A DNA stretch of 64,000 nucleotides from Mytilus edulis. Lineage: Eukaryota. The first letter of the stretch is position 1; each line of letters begins with the position of its first letter. The stretch covers positions 682,001 to 746,000 of the forward strand of contig NC_092350.1 of assembly GCF_963676685.1 (NCBI RefSeq), in the 5' to 3' direction. The position numbers and the translations under genes were made by a program. This document shows, in pieces, positions 53,950 through 64,000 of this stretch. Under the pieces are notes generated by a model. That model saw only the letters and a list, made by a program, of their open reading frames with translations, had not been told where the DNA came from and did no database searches.

Positions 53950-54262
53950 AGCTCAGTAGTCATCACTTCTATGTTGACATGCACTATTATTGATAGGGTC
54001 ATAAATTATAAATGAACTATTTACAAAACTTTAAATTTTTGAAATACTAAGGCTTTTTTTACCTCAGGAATAGATAACCTTAGCTGTATTTAGCAAAACT
54101 GTTAGTAATTGGTGGTCCGCAATGCACTCCAACTTCGTACTTTATTTGGCCTTTTTTTTTTACCTTTTTTTAATTAGAGCGTCACTGATGAGTCTTTTGA
54201 AGACGAAACGTGCGACTGGCGTAAATATAAACTTTTAATCCTGGTATCTATGATGAGTTTAT
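53950..54262 (+). ncRNA. Retrozyme monomer fragment with hammerhead motif (about 54185-54224)
   Basis: CTGATGA GTCTT ttg AAGAC GAAACGT gcgactg GCGTA. The flanks are homologous to the 51.6-52.5 kb unit. Confidence 0.75.
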
Positions 54263-55279
54263 TTATCATTATTGTATTGATATTCGTATGTGTTGAAGTG
54301 ATATTCTGTGACTTTACAACATATAGATAATTCAAATAGAGATCAAAGATACCGAGAGGACATTCAAACTTATCAGTTGAACACAAGATGACAAAGCCTT
54401 GGTAAACAACTAAGTACTATCAAAGACTAACAAAGTTATACAAAACACAACATAGAAAAAAAGACTGAGCAACACGAACCCCAACAGAAAACAGGGAGGA
54501 TTGTATGTGTCCTGCTGAATAATTAAGCAGAACCTGCTTTACACGTAGCATGCTGCAGGGGACATTTCCGTCGTCCTCAGTGAAACAGCTATTCAAAAAC
54601 GATCAACCAATTGGTGATGGTATAAGTAAACATTTGTTAGAGATGATTCCGATTTCACCACTTTGTACTTTTGGTATGGGTTTGCTCATTGTTGAAGGCT
54701 GTACGGTGACCTATAGTTGTTAATGTCTGTGTCATTTTGGTCTCTTGTGGACAGTTGTCTCATTGGCAATCATACCACATCTTCTTTTAATAATTATCAG
54801 CTTCTCTGTGAGCAGCCAATCTCTATTAAGAAAGATTATCAAGAAAATCATGATAGGAAATATAATCCATGGAAAAAAGTAAAAACAAAAACACTGAAAT
54901 CCGAGGACAATATTAAACGAAAAATCCCTAAGCAAATGGAAAAATAAAGCTTATCATACGAAAGGATATAACTGTCAAAGTACTGACTTGGTACAAAAGA
55001 TACAATGAATATCGAATGTAATACACAGTTAATTCAGTTCAAGTTCCAACAACACTAGTACTACCATTCAATTTTTGAGTACACTTTGCCCAATAACATA
55101 TTACTAGCAATCGAATTTTCAAATGATTATATAATGTGTATGTTAATATCTAGAACACATGCATTATATCATGTATCTAGTTACCACTGCGATAGTGAAT
55201 ATAATAGATTATAAAAAAGGATTGCTTTGTGAACTATGCATTTCATAATAAAGATATGCGAAGTCTGTCATAGATTTAA

Positions 55280-55445
55280 GGTAAATTGTCCCAGTTGCAT
55301 ACATTTAGTCCTCAATGCTCTTTAACTTCACACTTTATTTGGCCTTTTTAACGTTTTTGGATTCAAGCGTCACTGACGAGTGTTTAGTACACGAAACGCG
55401 CGTCTGGCGTATATACAAAATGTTATCCTGGTATCTATGATGAGT
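55280..55445 (+). ncRNA. Retrozyme fragment with variant hammerhead (55373-55411)
   Basis: CTGACGA GTGT ttagt ACAC GAAACGC gcgtctg GCGTA, with a compensatory stem II change relative to the other copies. Confidence 0.75.
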
Positions 55446-56232
55446 TCAATTATAGTTTGGAGCAACGTCATAAACATTTCTGTTAATAATTGTAAAATAT
55501 CAATTTGATATTTGATTGTGCTGCTAGGTCACCTATACAATACTTGCTCCATAACATATCAAATATTCACATTTTGTTTTTTTGTAATCAAATATATAGA
55601 GATATTTAAAGGAAAACACAGATATCACAGACAAATAAATACACTGTTAGTCTCACAGTCAACTGCCTTATTTTTATAATTTAAAAACGCCACAAAAAAC
55701 TGCTTACGTCGTTGCTGCATCCCAACGTTCAGTTAATGTATGAAGAGCAAAATAAAGCTAACAATGTGATTCGTTTGTGTTATATTTTGTTATTCAAAAT
55801 AGATAGAACTGTTCCGAGGACTTCATTTTGATTTTTTATTTGATATAAATATTAGAAAAATGGACTTCATACTCTTTTTGTGAATTTTAAATTGAATTGT
55901 GTAGCCAGTATTAATATGCCATTTAGAACAATTTCATAGCTTGATGCGTTATCTTTCTTGTATCACTAGAGTCTGCATTAAACATCAAATTCTTGGTATC
56001 TCCTTCTGATAAACTTGCAATTATCTTTTCGTCTTATGCCGCACTCCCTCCATAGTTTATGTGTGACGTCATGATGTTTAGTAATTTTAATATTTACCGT
56101 TAAAATACATATAGATAAAAACTTAACGTCGACATATTTAAAAAAAACAAGGCTTCGGATACATAAAATAACCTTTGAAACACGTGATCGTTATATCCAA
56201 TTTAAATAGTAGAATACTACACCCTATGTACT

Positions 56233-58729
56233 CAGTGTATATAAAGTGCGAATCCAGCTAGTTCATTTTTACTGTTATATGCGGGTATGTCTATTGTAGA
56301 ATAAAGGATCATGGGAAAACTGTATTTGTTTACGTTTTGAAAATATCAAGTTAAAGGATTTTAAGTTAAGTTTTAACATATTTTCATTGTGATATGTCTT
56401 TATAATATACAAACATAGCATTAAACTTCAAATAAGTGTTATAAAAGCATCATAATATAGCATATCGATTATTGAAAGCGATCCATTTTAACTATAGATG
56501 CGATGAATTATCACTGTTAGTGCAGTCATTATTAATGTAGAATTTTCAAAGATGCGAGGAATTTTTATTGTAGAATTATGTGATAAATGCACTTGCAACA
56601 AATGAAAAAAAACTTAGTTGATGACTTTATGATTTATGATACATGTATTTTCCAATTGAAATACAAACTCCTCATTCATTCTTCATCAAATATATAGCTT
56701 TTCAAACTTGTAACAAAAGCGATTCTCAAAATGTCATATTGTATTCTTCAGATTACGTTTCTCCTTGATTTTAACTTATATAGTGAATCACTGGAGCGTG
56801 ACAGCAGCGGGCCCTCTTAAGCAGTCAGTGGGCCCGTACTTATGAAAAATTCTAGATCCGCGAATGGATACTATCACAGAGGTAAAACCATGCACAATTG
56901 GGTTATTGTACACGAAATGCATGCTACAATTCATTTTTGTTGATTTTAGACCCTTTGGAACTCTATGTGGGCTATTTCAGAAACTAGGCAAAAAAATCCC
57001 CAAACTTGATACATGGTCAGATTCAGCATGTCAACGAATTCCAAATATCTATATTAAAGGACTTTTGTCTATAAATTTGGACCCCACAAAATTGAAAAAG
57101 GGACCAAAAATATGAAAAAATGCATGCATCGGATACTTTTGTTATTGAAGGCATGACTGTAACAATAGGATGAATATACAAAAATATCTTTTTCTGTGGT
57201 CTCATTGGGGGGTTCTGATCCCGGATCCCGCGTACTGTTTTGGCAGATTCCCGTATTCCGCTTATTGTTTTGTCAGATTCCCGTATCCCGTTTATACTAT
57301 GCAGTTCTAATTTTTTGTAATTATCCGTGTCCCGCTAGACTTCATTTCCCGTTTTTCTCTACACAATCATTTGACTTTCACCTGTCACGCTTGCAAAAAA
57401 TCGGCAATCCGGCGTGACGCTTATACCCAAATGCGACCCACTATTTTACTCTATTTTGACTCATATAAAGCCCATTATAAATATATTAAAAAAGTAGCGT
57501 AGATTTTTTCATCCCTTTTTATCCCGTCTCGTTTCGTTTTTGAGCCATATAGATGTCGTATGTGACAATGAGACAACTCTCCATCCGAGTCACAATTTAT
57601 AAAAGTAGACCATTATACGTCAAAATACGGTCTTCAACATGGAGTCTTGGCTCACACCGAACAGCAAGTTATAAAAGGCTCCAGTGTAAAACCTTTTAAA
57701 CGGGAAAACAAAGGTGCAATCTATATTAAGATGTACGTAATTAGTGGTGAAGTGTCATGGAAATGGATAAAAAAAATAAGGATAAAGATCTCTATACGCT
57801 TATAAGAAACTAAATGGAATACATTTGAAATAAATGTTATTTCTATTGAATTTAGTAGAGTGTTTTAAAACCAAACTTTTATCCGTAAGTTAAATTTTAT
57901 CAAATCTTTCTCTTACTCTATCTATTATTTGAGCAAGTCGGCTAAATTAAGGCTTTACAGCTAATTTCCTAATGCATGTAAAGCAAAACTTTGGTTGGCT
58001 TGCTTGCTTTGTTTGTATAATTGTTTATACAAACTTTGTAAATAAGATTGACATTTTTAAACAATATGAATAGGCATAGTTTAACCTGTATTTTTAATAT
58101 TTGAATTAAATTGGGTGTTATCATAATGATTATCCAATAAAAAAAGCAAGCAAATCAACTAAAGTCTTGCTCTACATGCTTAAAGAAATGAGCTGTAATA
58201 GACAAAAAAAATAATAATTATACAGTGAAAATACACCGCATATACAATACTAATGATTCGCTCCACAGTTAAAATGAAAGAATAGTATCATTATTCGACA
58301 GTAAACATGACTAGCATTACGAAATCATCATAGTGGAATTTAGTTAAATATGAAGAAACTGAATGACAAAACATATTCTACGTTATACAACTTTAATAAT
58401 TGTATTAAAATGAATATTTTTTACTGCAACAACATCTCACCTGTTAGTTATAAAGCACTTGCACGATCTGTTCGTGAAATGTCCTAAAAATTCACCTATT
58501 ATGGTATATATTTCACAGTTGGATGGCTTTAGGCGCGATAAATCCCGCTCGCATCTCTTACTTTGTTTTATTAGTATTATGTATTTCTGAACATATACAT
58601 TTTAACTATTTTTCTTCATTTTCTTCAAAAATTAAAAAAAGTTCGTCTGTTTATTTATCATTCTACATTAGACATTTATGGCATATACAGTAAAAATGAT
58701 ATTTTAGGATCCGCACTTTACATACACTG
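56233..58729 (-). mobile_element. Non-autonomous TIR DNA transposon, copy 2 (inverted)
   Basis: Termini CAGTGTATATAAAGTGCGAATCC and GGATCCGCACTTTACATACACTG, with a perfect 6-bp TSD TGTACT (56227-56232, 58730-58735). Confidence 0.85.
57958..58195. mobile_element. Tc1/mariner-like MITE nested in copy 2
   Basis: Imperfect TIRs of about 55 bp (CAGCTAATTTCC...GAAATGAGCTG) with a TA TSD. The empty site with a single TA is present in copy 1 at about 51057. Confidence 0.8.
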
Positions 58730-58794
58730 TGTACTATTATAGTTTAAACGATTATCGATTTTCATATTCAAAATCTATAAATAGCTTATCAGTA

Positions 58795-58908
58795 GTTATT
58801 CATTAACTATTTATTATAATACGGCCTCTTCCTGTTTACAGTGCAAATATTGATATAAGGGATTACAAAAGCAACTCGACGACGTGATGATTAAACAGTA
58901 ACTAAAAT
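58795..58908 (+). promoter_or_regulatory. Possible fourth paralogous promoter/first exon
   Basis: TTAACTATTTATTATAATACGGCCTCTTCCTGTT resembles paralogue A TTAACTATTTATAATATACTCCGTCACTTCCTGTT. It ends in AAAAT|GTGAGT. No HEPN exon is seen downstream within the window. Confidence 0.4.
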
Positions 58909-59204
58909 GTGAGTTTTAGATATGTATGATATATAAATATAAATAAGATTGAAGATTAAAGATCCTGACACAGTTATAACTATTTAAAAAAAACACAAAT
59001 AAACCACATTGTTATAGCTTCATTCATTTCTTCAGATATCAACTGAACGTTCTTGATGCAACAATGGAGTAACTAGTGCCCTTTGTAACGTTTTGCACTT
59101 CATAGAAATATGCCAATTTTCTATTTAAACTTTTGCTATATGAGACATACCCGAAAAAGTCTAATGTTTGGTAATAAGAAACAACAGGAAAAAAATGTCT
59201 TAGA

Positions 59205-59348
59205 CCTGGCATTGCGGTCATAAAACTTTCGAGCACGATTTTTGTACTCGGACTCAAGAATCAACCAATCAAAATACTGGATTTTGTGTTTCGAGCATGA
59301 TTTTTGTGCTCCGAGCACTGAGCAAAGTTTTATGACTTCAACCCCAGG
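59205..59348. mobile_element. Small MITE
   Basis: Imperfect 24-bp TIR CCTGGCATTGCGGTCATAAAACTT / AAGTTTTATGACTTCAACCCCAGG. Confidence 0.6.
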
Positions 59349-61499
59349 AATTATAATAGCACAAATCATAGAACACACATTGAGGATCTAGGAACTGTTG
59401 TCTGTAATTCAAACTATTCTTAAATGTGGTAACAATGGCTATTTTAAAAATTGTACAAAAAAATTCAGTTCTTTCCTGTTACCAAGGTGAATCAATTTTA
59501 TAAAGTTTCTAATGGGAATAAGGAATAAGTTTAAGACACTATTTGTGGTTTACTAGTATATCCTGCAACAGTATATCAAATGCAAATAATCGATTTTAGC
59601 ATTTGCAATACAAAAGGTTTAGACATATACTAGAATATAGTCAGATATGTAGGTAACATGAAAGAATCCGGAGTAACAGGACAACTGTAATAGAACAGAG
59701 TTGGAAACAGAATGGATTTTTTTTTCTCAAAAAAAATGCTTTATTTTATAGTTTAAGAAAAATACATAATTTCAGATTGGTCACAAATTGTAGAAAACAG
59801 CAAACAATGTAATTTATCCTTTGAAACTGTATTTGCAAGATGAAAAATCTGCCTAGGTAATGACAAATTCTAAAATAAATTCCTTTCTGTTACTAACTAA
59901 TATACTAGAATTGCACAATGTTCCCTGCTGTTATCAAAAGAAAAAAACCTATTTTTACATTCAATATACTGTATATTTTTTTGATTTTTTTTAATATAGT
60001 GATGATAACTTATATTAAATGAAATGGTTGGCATATAGTCGATTAACTTTTTGATTCATCAGTGAACATCCTTCCTGTTCCTGATTATGGTTATGCTGTT
60101 ACTTTTTATCAGGTAACATGAGAGAATGTAACAGAAAAGAATAACGCAGAACTTTTTGTTTATTTACTCGAATTGTGTAGAAGTTTGCTTCCATTTACAT
60201 ATCAATTTGATAAGATGCAATAAAACCACATGAAGTGTTATAGTGCTGACAATGAAATATTCTCAGAAGGTACACAAAAAGGCTGTAACAGGAGAGAACA
60301 ACAAAATTATTTTTCTCCAAATTTTGATCTTTTGGGGAGTGCAGATTTTTCAAACTGGCTGCTATTCTCATTAACATATGGAGTCATACATTCAGGACAT
60401 GATGCTCTTCATGTTGCATTACAAGAAATAAGTGTTTGGTCTTTCAAACGTGTCCACAGGTTGAAAAAAACCAGCGGTAACAGGAGGAAATAACCCCTGG
60501 GGACAACATTGAAAAGACCTTTAAAAATGCAAAATTTTCTTACATGCTTTAGTTATAGCAAAATTTGACCAGTAATGGAGACGTTTTATATATAATCTAT
60601 CAGATTTGTGAAAATCGTAAGGCTTAATTTAGATATTCTTTGAATGATTAAATTTTCAAAAAATAACAAGGGGACAACATGATTGTTGGGGGGTTGACTA
60701 TTTCAATTATAATATTTTATTAGAAGAATTATCAAAAAGAATGTTTAATTGAGTGACGTTGGTGCATTATATACTCTAGTTAATACTTAAACTTAAAATT
60801 TTCCCAAAAAATCCTGAATAAAAAAACAAATTGCTGGTGAAAGCCGGGACATGGAAATTAGACTTTTTCATATCTTGACTCTTATCTGTAAAGCTTACAA
60901 TGTGATTTATTGTGTGATTGCTGTTTTAAAAAAAATATTTCAAATACAAATATATATTGAATTACATAAGATAAAATGTGAATATCAAATTATGTCATAG
61001 AGCACGTGATAAATATGTTCACCAAGCAGCACAATCAAATTGAGCTTGTATCAATATAAACTGGAATGTTCAAAGACCTGTACGGATTGGAACCAGCATA
61101 GTAGGATAACTGATCGTGACGCTACGTATTTAACGCGTTTATCACAACTCAATATAACTAGAAAAAACAACTCCATGAACGTTTCTACATAAATATGCAT
61201 CGTTTTTTAAATCATAAATCAATTACACTGGGACATATCTTAAATCTTTAAAAACAAATTCATATCTTTATTGTACAATGCATATTTCACAAAGCAGTCC
61301 TTTGTTTATTATCTATTACATTCAATATCTAGATACGTCATGTAATGTATGCGTTCTAGATATTTACCCATACATTATATAATCAGTTGAAAGTTCCCTT
61401 TTTATTGATTTGTAATGTTTAAAGTTTATTTGAACAGTTGAAAGGCAGTGTCATTTTACCTGATCTGAAATAACCGTGAAATAGAAATTTTGTAACTGA

Positions 61500-61878
61500 T
61501 TTTTATAGTTCGTTCTTCTGTTGTACTGTTGCACAACTGTCATAGGTTAGGGGAGGGTTAGAATTTCGCTTACGTGTTTAAACCAGCCACATTCTGTATG
61601 TATGTGCCTGTCCGAAATCAAGAGCCTAAAAATCAGTGTTTGTTATTTGTTGAAGTGTTACATATTTTATTTTCGTTTATTTTTTTTTCATAAATTAGGC
61701 CGTAACATTTCTTGTTTGAATTGTTTTATTTTTGTCATTGCGGGACCTCTTATACCTGACTTTCCGGTAAGGGCATTTCTCATTGTTGAAGGCCGTAATA
61801 GAGCTATTAGTTCATGTGTCATTTGGTCTCCTGTGAAGAGTTGTGTCATTGGCAATCATATCACATCTTCTTCTTTTT
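61500..61878 (+). repeat. Abundant dispersed SINE-like repeat (fragments also at about 6770-6960, 54670-54790 and 57550-57730)
   Basis: Shared CTCATTGTTGAAGGC...GTGTCATTTGGTCTC...GTTGTCTCATTGGCAATCATACCACATCTTC. The family is not identified. Confidence 0.6.
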
Positions 61879-62433
61879 AGTGTCTCATCCAAAAACAGCA
61901 GAGCAATTACAAACAAAAAGCGACGACAACAAGTGATTCAGATAGAGTACTAGTGCATATTCTGCTTTCCGTTGTGTATATTAACTATACCAAGCCAGGA
62001 ATATGACATTAGTTATCCATTCGTTTGATGTGTTTGAGCTTTTGATTTTGCCATTTGGTTATGGACTTTACATTTTGAATTTTCCTTAGACTTCATATTT
62101 TTGTGATCTTACCTTCTTTTAAAATGTAATTCAATATTCATTTTATCTTTTGCCACTTCTGAAAATTAAATGAAAAAATAAAAAAAAATGATTCCCAATT
62201 GAAGAAGCCTGTGTATATGAATGTAGGTGTAAGCCTCTCATATCTGATGAGGGTCAGTTAAGAATATATGAAAGGATCATGACTGATTAACATAGGACTA
62301 TATAAATACTTATATATAATAGTTAAATATTCTATCTGTTTTCAAAAGAGCAATTAGTTTTGATAAAAATAGGAAAAGTGTCATTATCTCGGATATTCAG
62401 ATGCAGTAACACTTTGAAAAAGATGTTTTTTAT

Positions 62434-62835
62434 AATGAGTCATTTGTAGACGAAACGCGCGTCTTGCTTATATATAAAATTTAGTCCTGGTATCGATGAA
62501 GAGTTTATTTACAACCACTGGGTCGATGCCACTGCTGGTGGAGATTTATTTCTTCGAGGGTATCACAAGCCCAGTAGTCAGCACTATTACTATTTGTGCT
62601 GACATGAATTATCATTGATATTGTTATATTTATAAATTAACTGTTTACAAAATTTTGAATTTTGTGAAATACTAAGGCTATTCTACCTCAGGCATATATT
62701 ACCTGAGCTGTATTTGGCAACACTTTTAGGAATTTTGGATTTCAATGCTCTTCAACTTCGTACTTTATTTGGCTTTTTTAAAACTTTTTTGGATTCGAGC
62801 GTCACTGATGAGTCTTTTGTAGACGAAACGCGCGT
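62434..62835 (+). ncRNA. Slightly more than unit-length retrozyme (period about 373 bp), partial hammerheads at both ends
   Basis: ATGAGTCATTTGTAGACGAAACGCGCGTC at 62435 and CTGATGAGTCTTTTGTAGACGAAACGCGCGT ending at 62835. Confidence 0.8.
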
Positions 62836-63335
62836 GGTAGGTTGAATACTAAAATTTATGACAAACGCGATGATTTTGATTTTCCTATAGTCAACTTTCC
62901 ATTTCTGTGTAGCAACATTCCTGTTGCACCAGCATATGGAGTATATATGTCTAAATTGATACGCTACTCTAGAGCTAACTCAAAGTACGTTGATTTTGTT
63001 GAACCAGGAATACTGCTTTCTCAAAAATTGCTAAGACAGGGCTTTGAATGAATCAAATTAAGGTCATCACTCAAGAAATTTTACGGTCATGAGCTGATTG
63101 GTCATTATGACAAAAGTGTGTCAGAAATCATATCTGATATTCTTTCTCAGCCATAATAACCTTCCATCATTAACGAACTTAACAAGGAAATAACACGACG
63201 GGTGCCGTATACGGTGCAGGAAATGCTTACCCTGCCGGAGTTCGTGTTTTTTCTTATTTCTTATTTATAACTGTTGATGTAATTTGTTTTGGATTTGTGA
63301 GTCTTGTTTACTCCTTGGTTTTGATTTTTATTGTC
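62836..63335 (+). mobile_element. 5'-truncated Penelope-like element: RT C-terminal fragment plus 3' UTR
   Basis: GRLNTKIYDKRDDFDFPIVNFPFLCSNIPVAPAYGVYMSKLIRYSRA...KLLRQGFE*IKLRSSLKKFYG is the thumb region typical of PLE reverse transcriptases, with an internal stop. Confidence 0.8.
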
Positions 63336-64000
63336 TTTAATACAAATTCTATACACTAAGTTTAATTTTGGTCAATTTTACAACATTGTTAAAATGTGAA
63401 CTTTTGGTTATGTATTGGAAAGTAGAATGCTTCTGCTACATAAATATGGGCTGTTTTGGACAATACAATGCACATATATCGGGTTCAGCATCATTAAGTC
63501 ATGCTAAATTACTGAACTTTTCACAAATTTAGCATTTTTGATAAAATTTAGTTTCGCCTGTGCATTAAGTATTTTGTTAAAACAGCAAGGAGTGCACTAA
63601 AGAATTTATGAATGTTAAAACAAAGGTTATATACAATATGTATGGATAAATTTTTGTTACGAAACACGTTTAAAAATCCTATATATCTACATGGAGTTAT
63701 TTTCTATCAGAACTATAGGTCATTATTAGGAAAAATCAACCCGGACGATTCCAAGTTTCATTAAAATCTGCGCCAAGGCACCTGTGTGAGGTCACTAATT
63801 TACTGATTAAAATGCAAACTAGAATTCATTTAAACACTTATTTGATGTTGATGTTGATGTTTATCGTGTGTTGTTGCTAGTTGATGTTTACTTTTTAATT
63901 TTCCATATTTGATAGGTTTCAGGCAGAAACAATCTTTTTCTTCGTGGAATTTGAAAATCTTATTCATTCACATTGTTTTTAAATCATACGTTTACATATG

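Noticed and set aside
50537-58729. Single giant foldback element or assembly inversion artefact
   Set aside because: Each arm has its own TIR pair, its own flanking duplication and different nested insertions, and the arms are visibly diverged.
63917-64000. Exon 2 of a fourth HEPN-STAND paralogue (TTGATAG|GTTT...)
   Set aside because: The phase would fit AT|G, but the translation (FQAETIFFFVEF...) has no similarity to the HEPN exon.

Overview
AT-rich eukaryotic genomic DNA with spliceosomal introns. It is probably from a bivalve (Mytilus-like); this is inferred from the repeat families and retrozymes. The left part holds a complete 6-coding-exon DRAM gene (minus strand, 263 aa by my exon assembly) with a U12-type intron and several partial exon duplications. 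From 16 to 49 kb lies a cluster of three paralogous 5-exon genes. Each encodes a DZIP3-like HEPN domain (intact R-x5-H motif, Cys-rich insert), a coiled coil, an nSTAND3-type P-loop NTPase, an acidic linker and a three-unit helical C-terminal repeat. This looks like an NLR/Avs-like nuclease-effector immune receptor family. All three share an ATG split by intron 1 (AT|G), a 24-nt micro-exon and an ETS/CRE-like promoter motif. Copies B and C are intact and head-to-head. Copy A has one nonsense codon and a remodelled exon 3. A possible fourth promoter/first exon lies at about 58.8 kb. The rest is dense in mobile DNA: hammerhead-ribozyme retrozymes (one fused to a Penelope-like RT fragment), Harbinger, hAT, Kolobok-like and Tc1-like non-autonomous elements, two inverted copies of a TIR element with 6-bp TSDs, LINE/SINE fragments and minisatellites. 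Everything was read by eye; no database searches were run.
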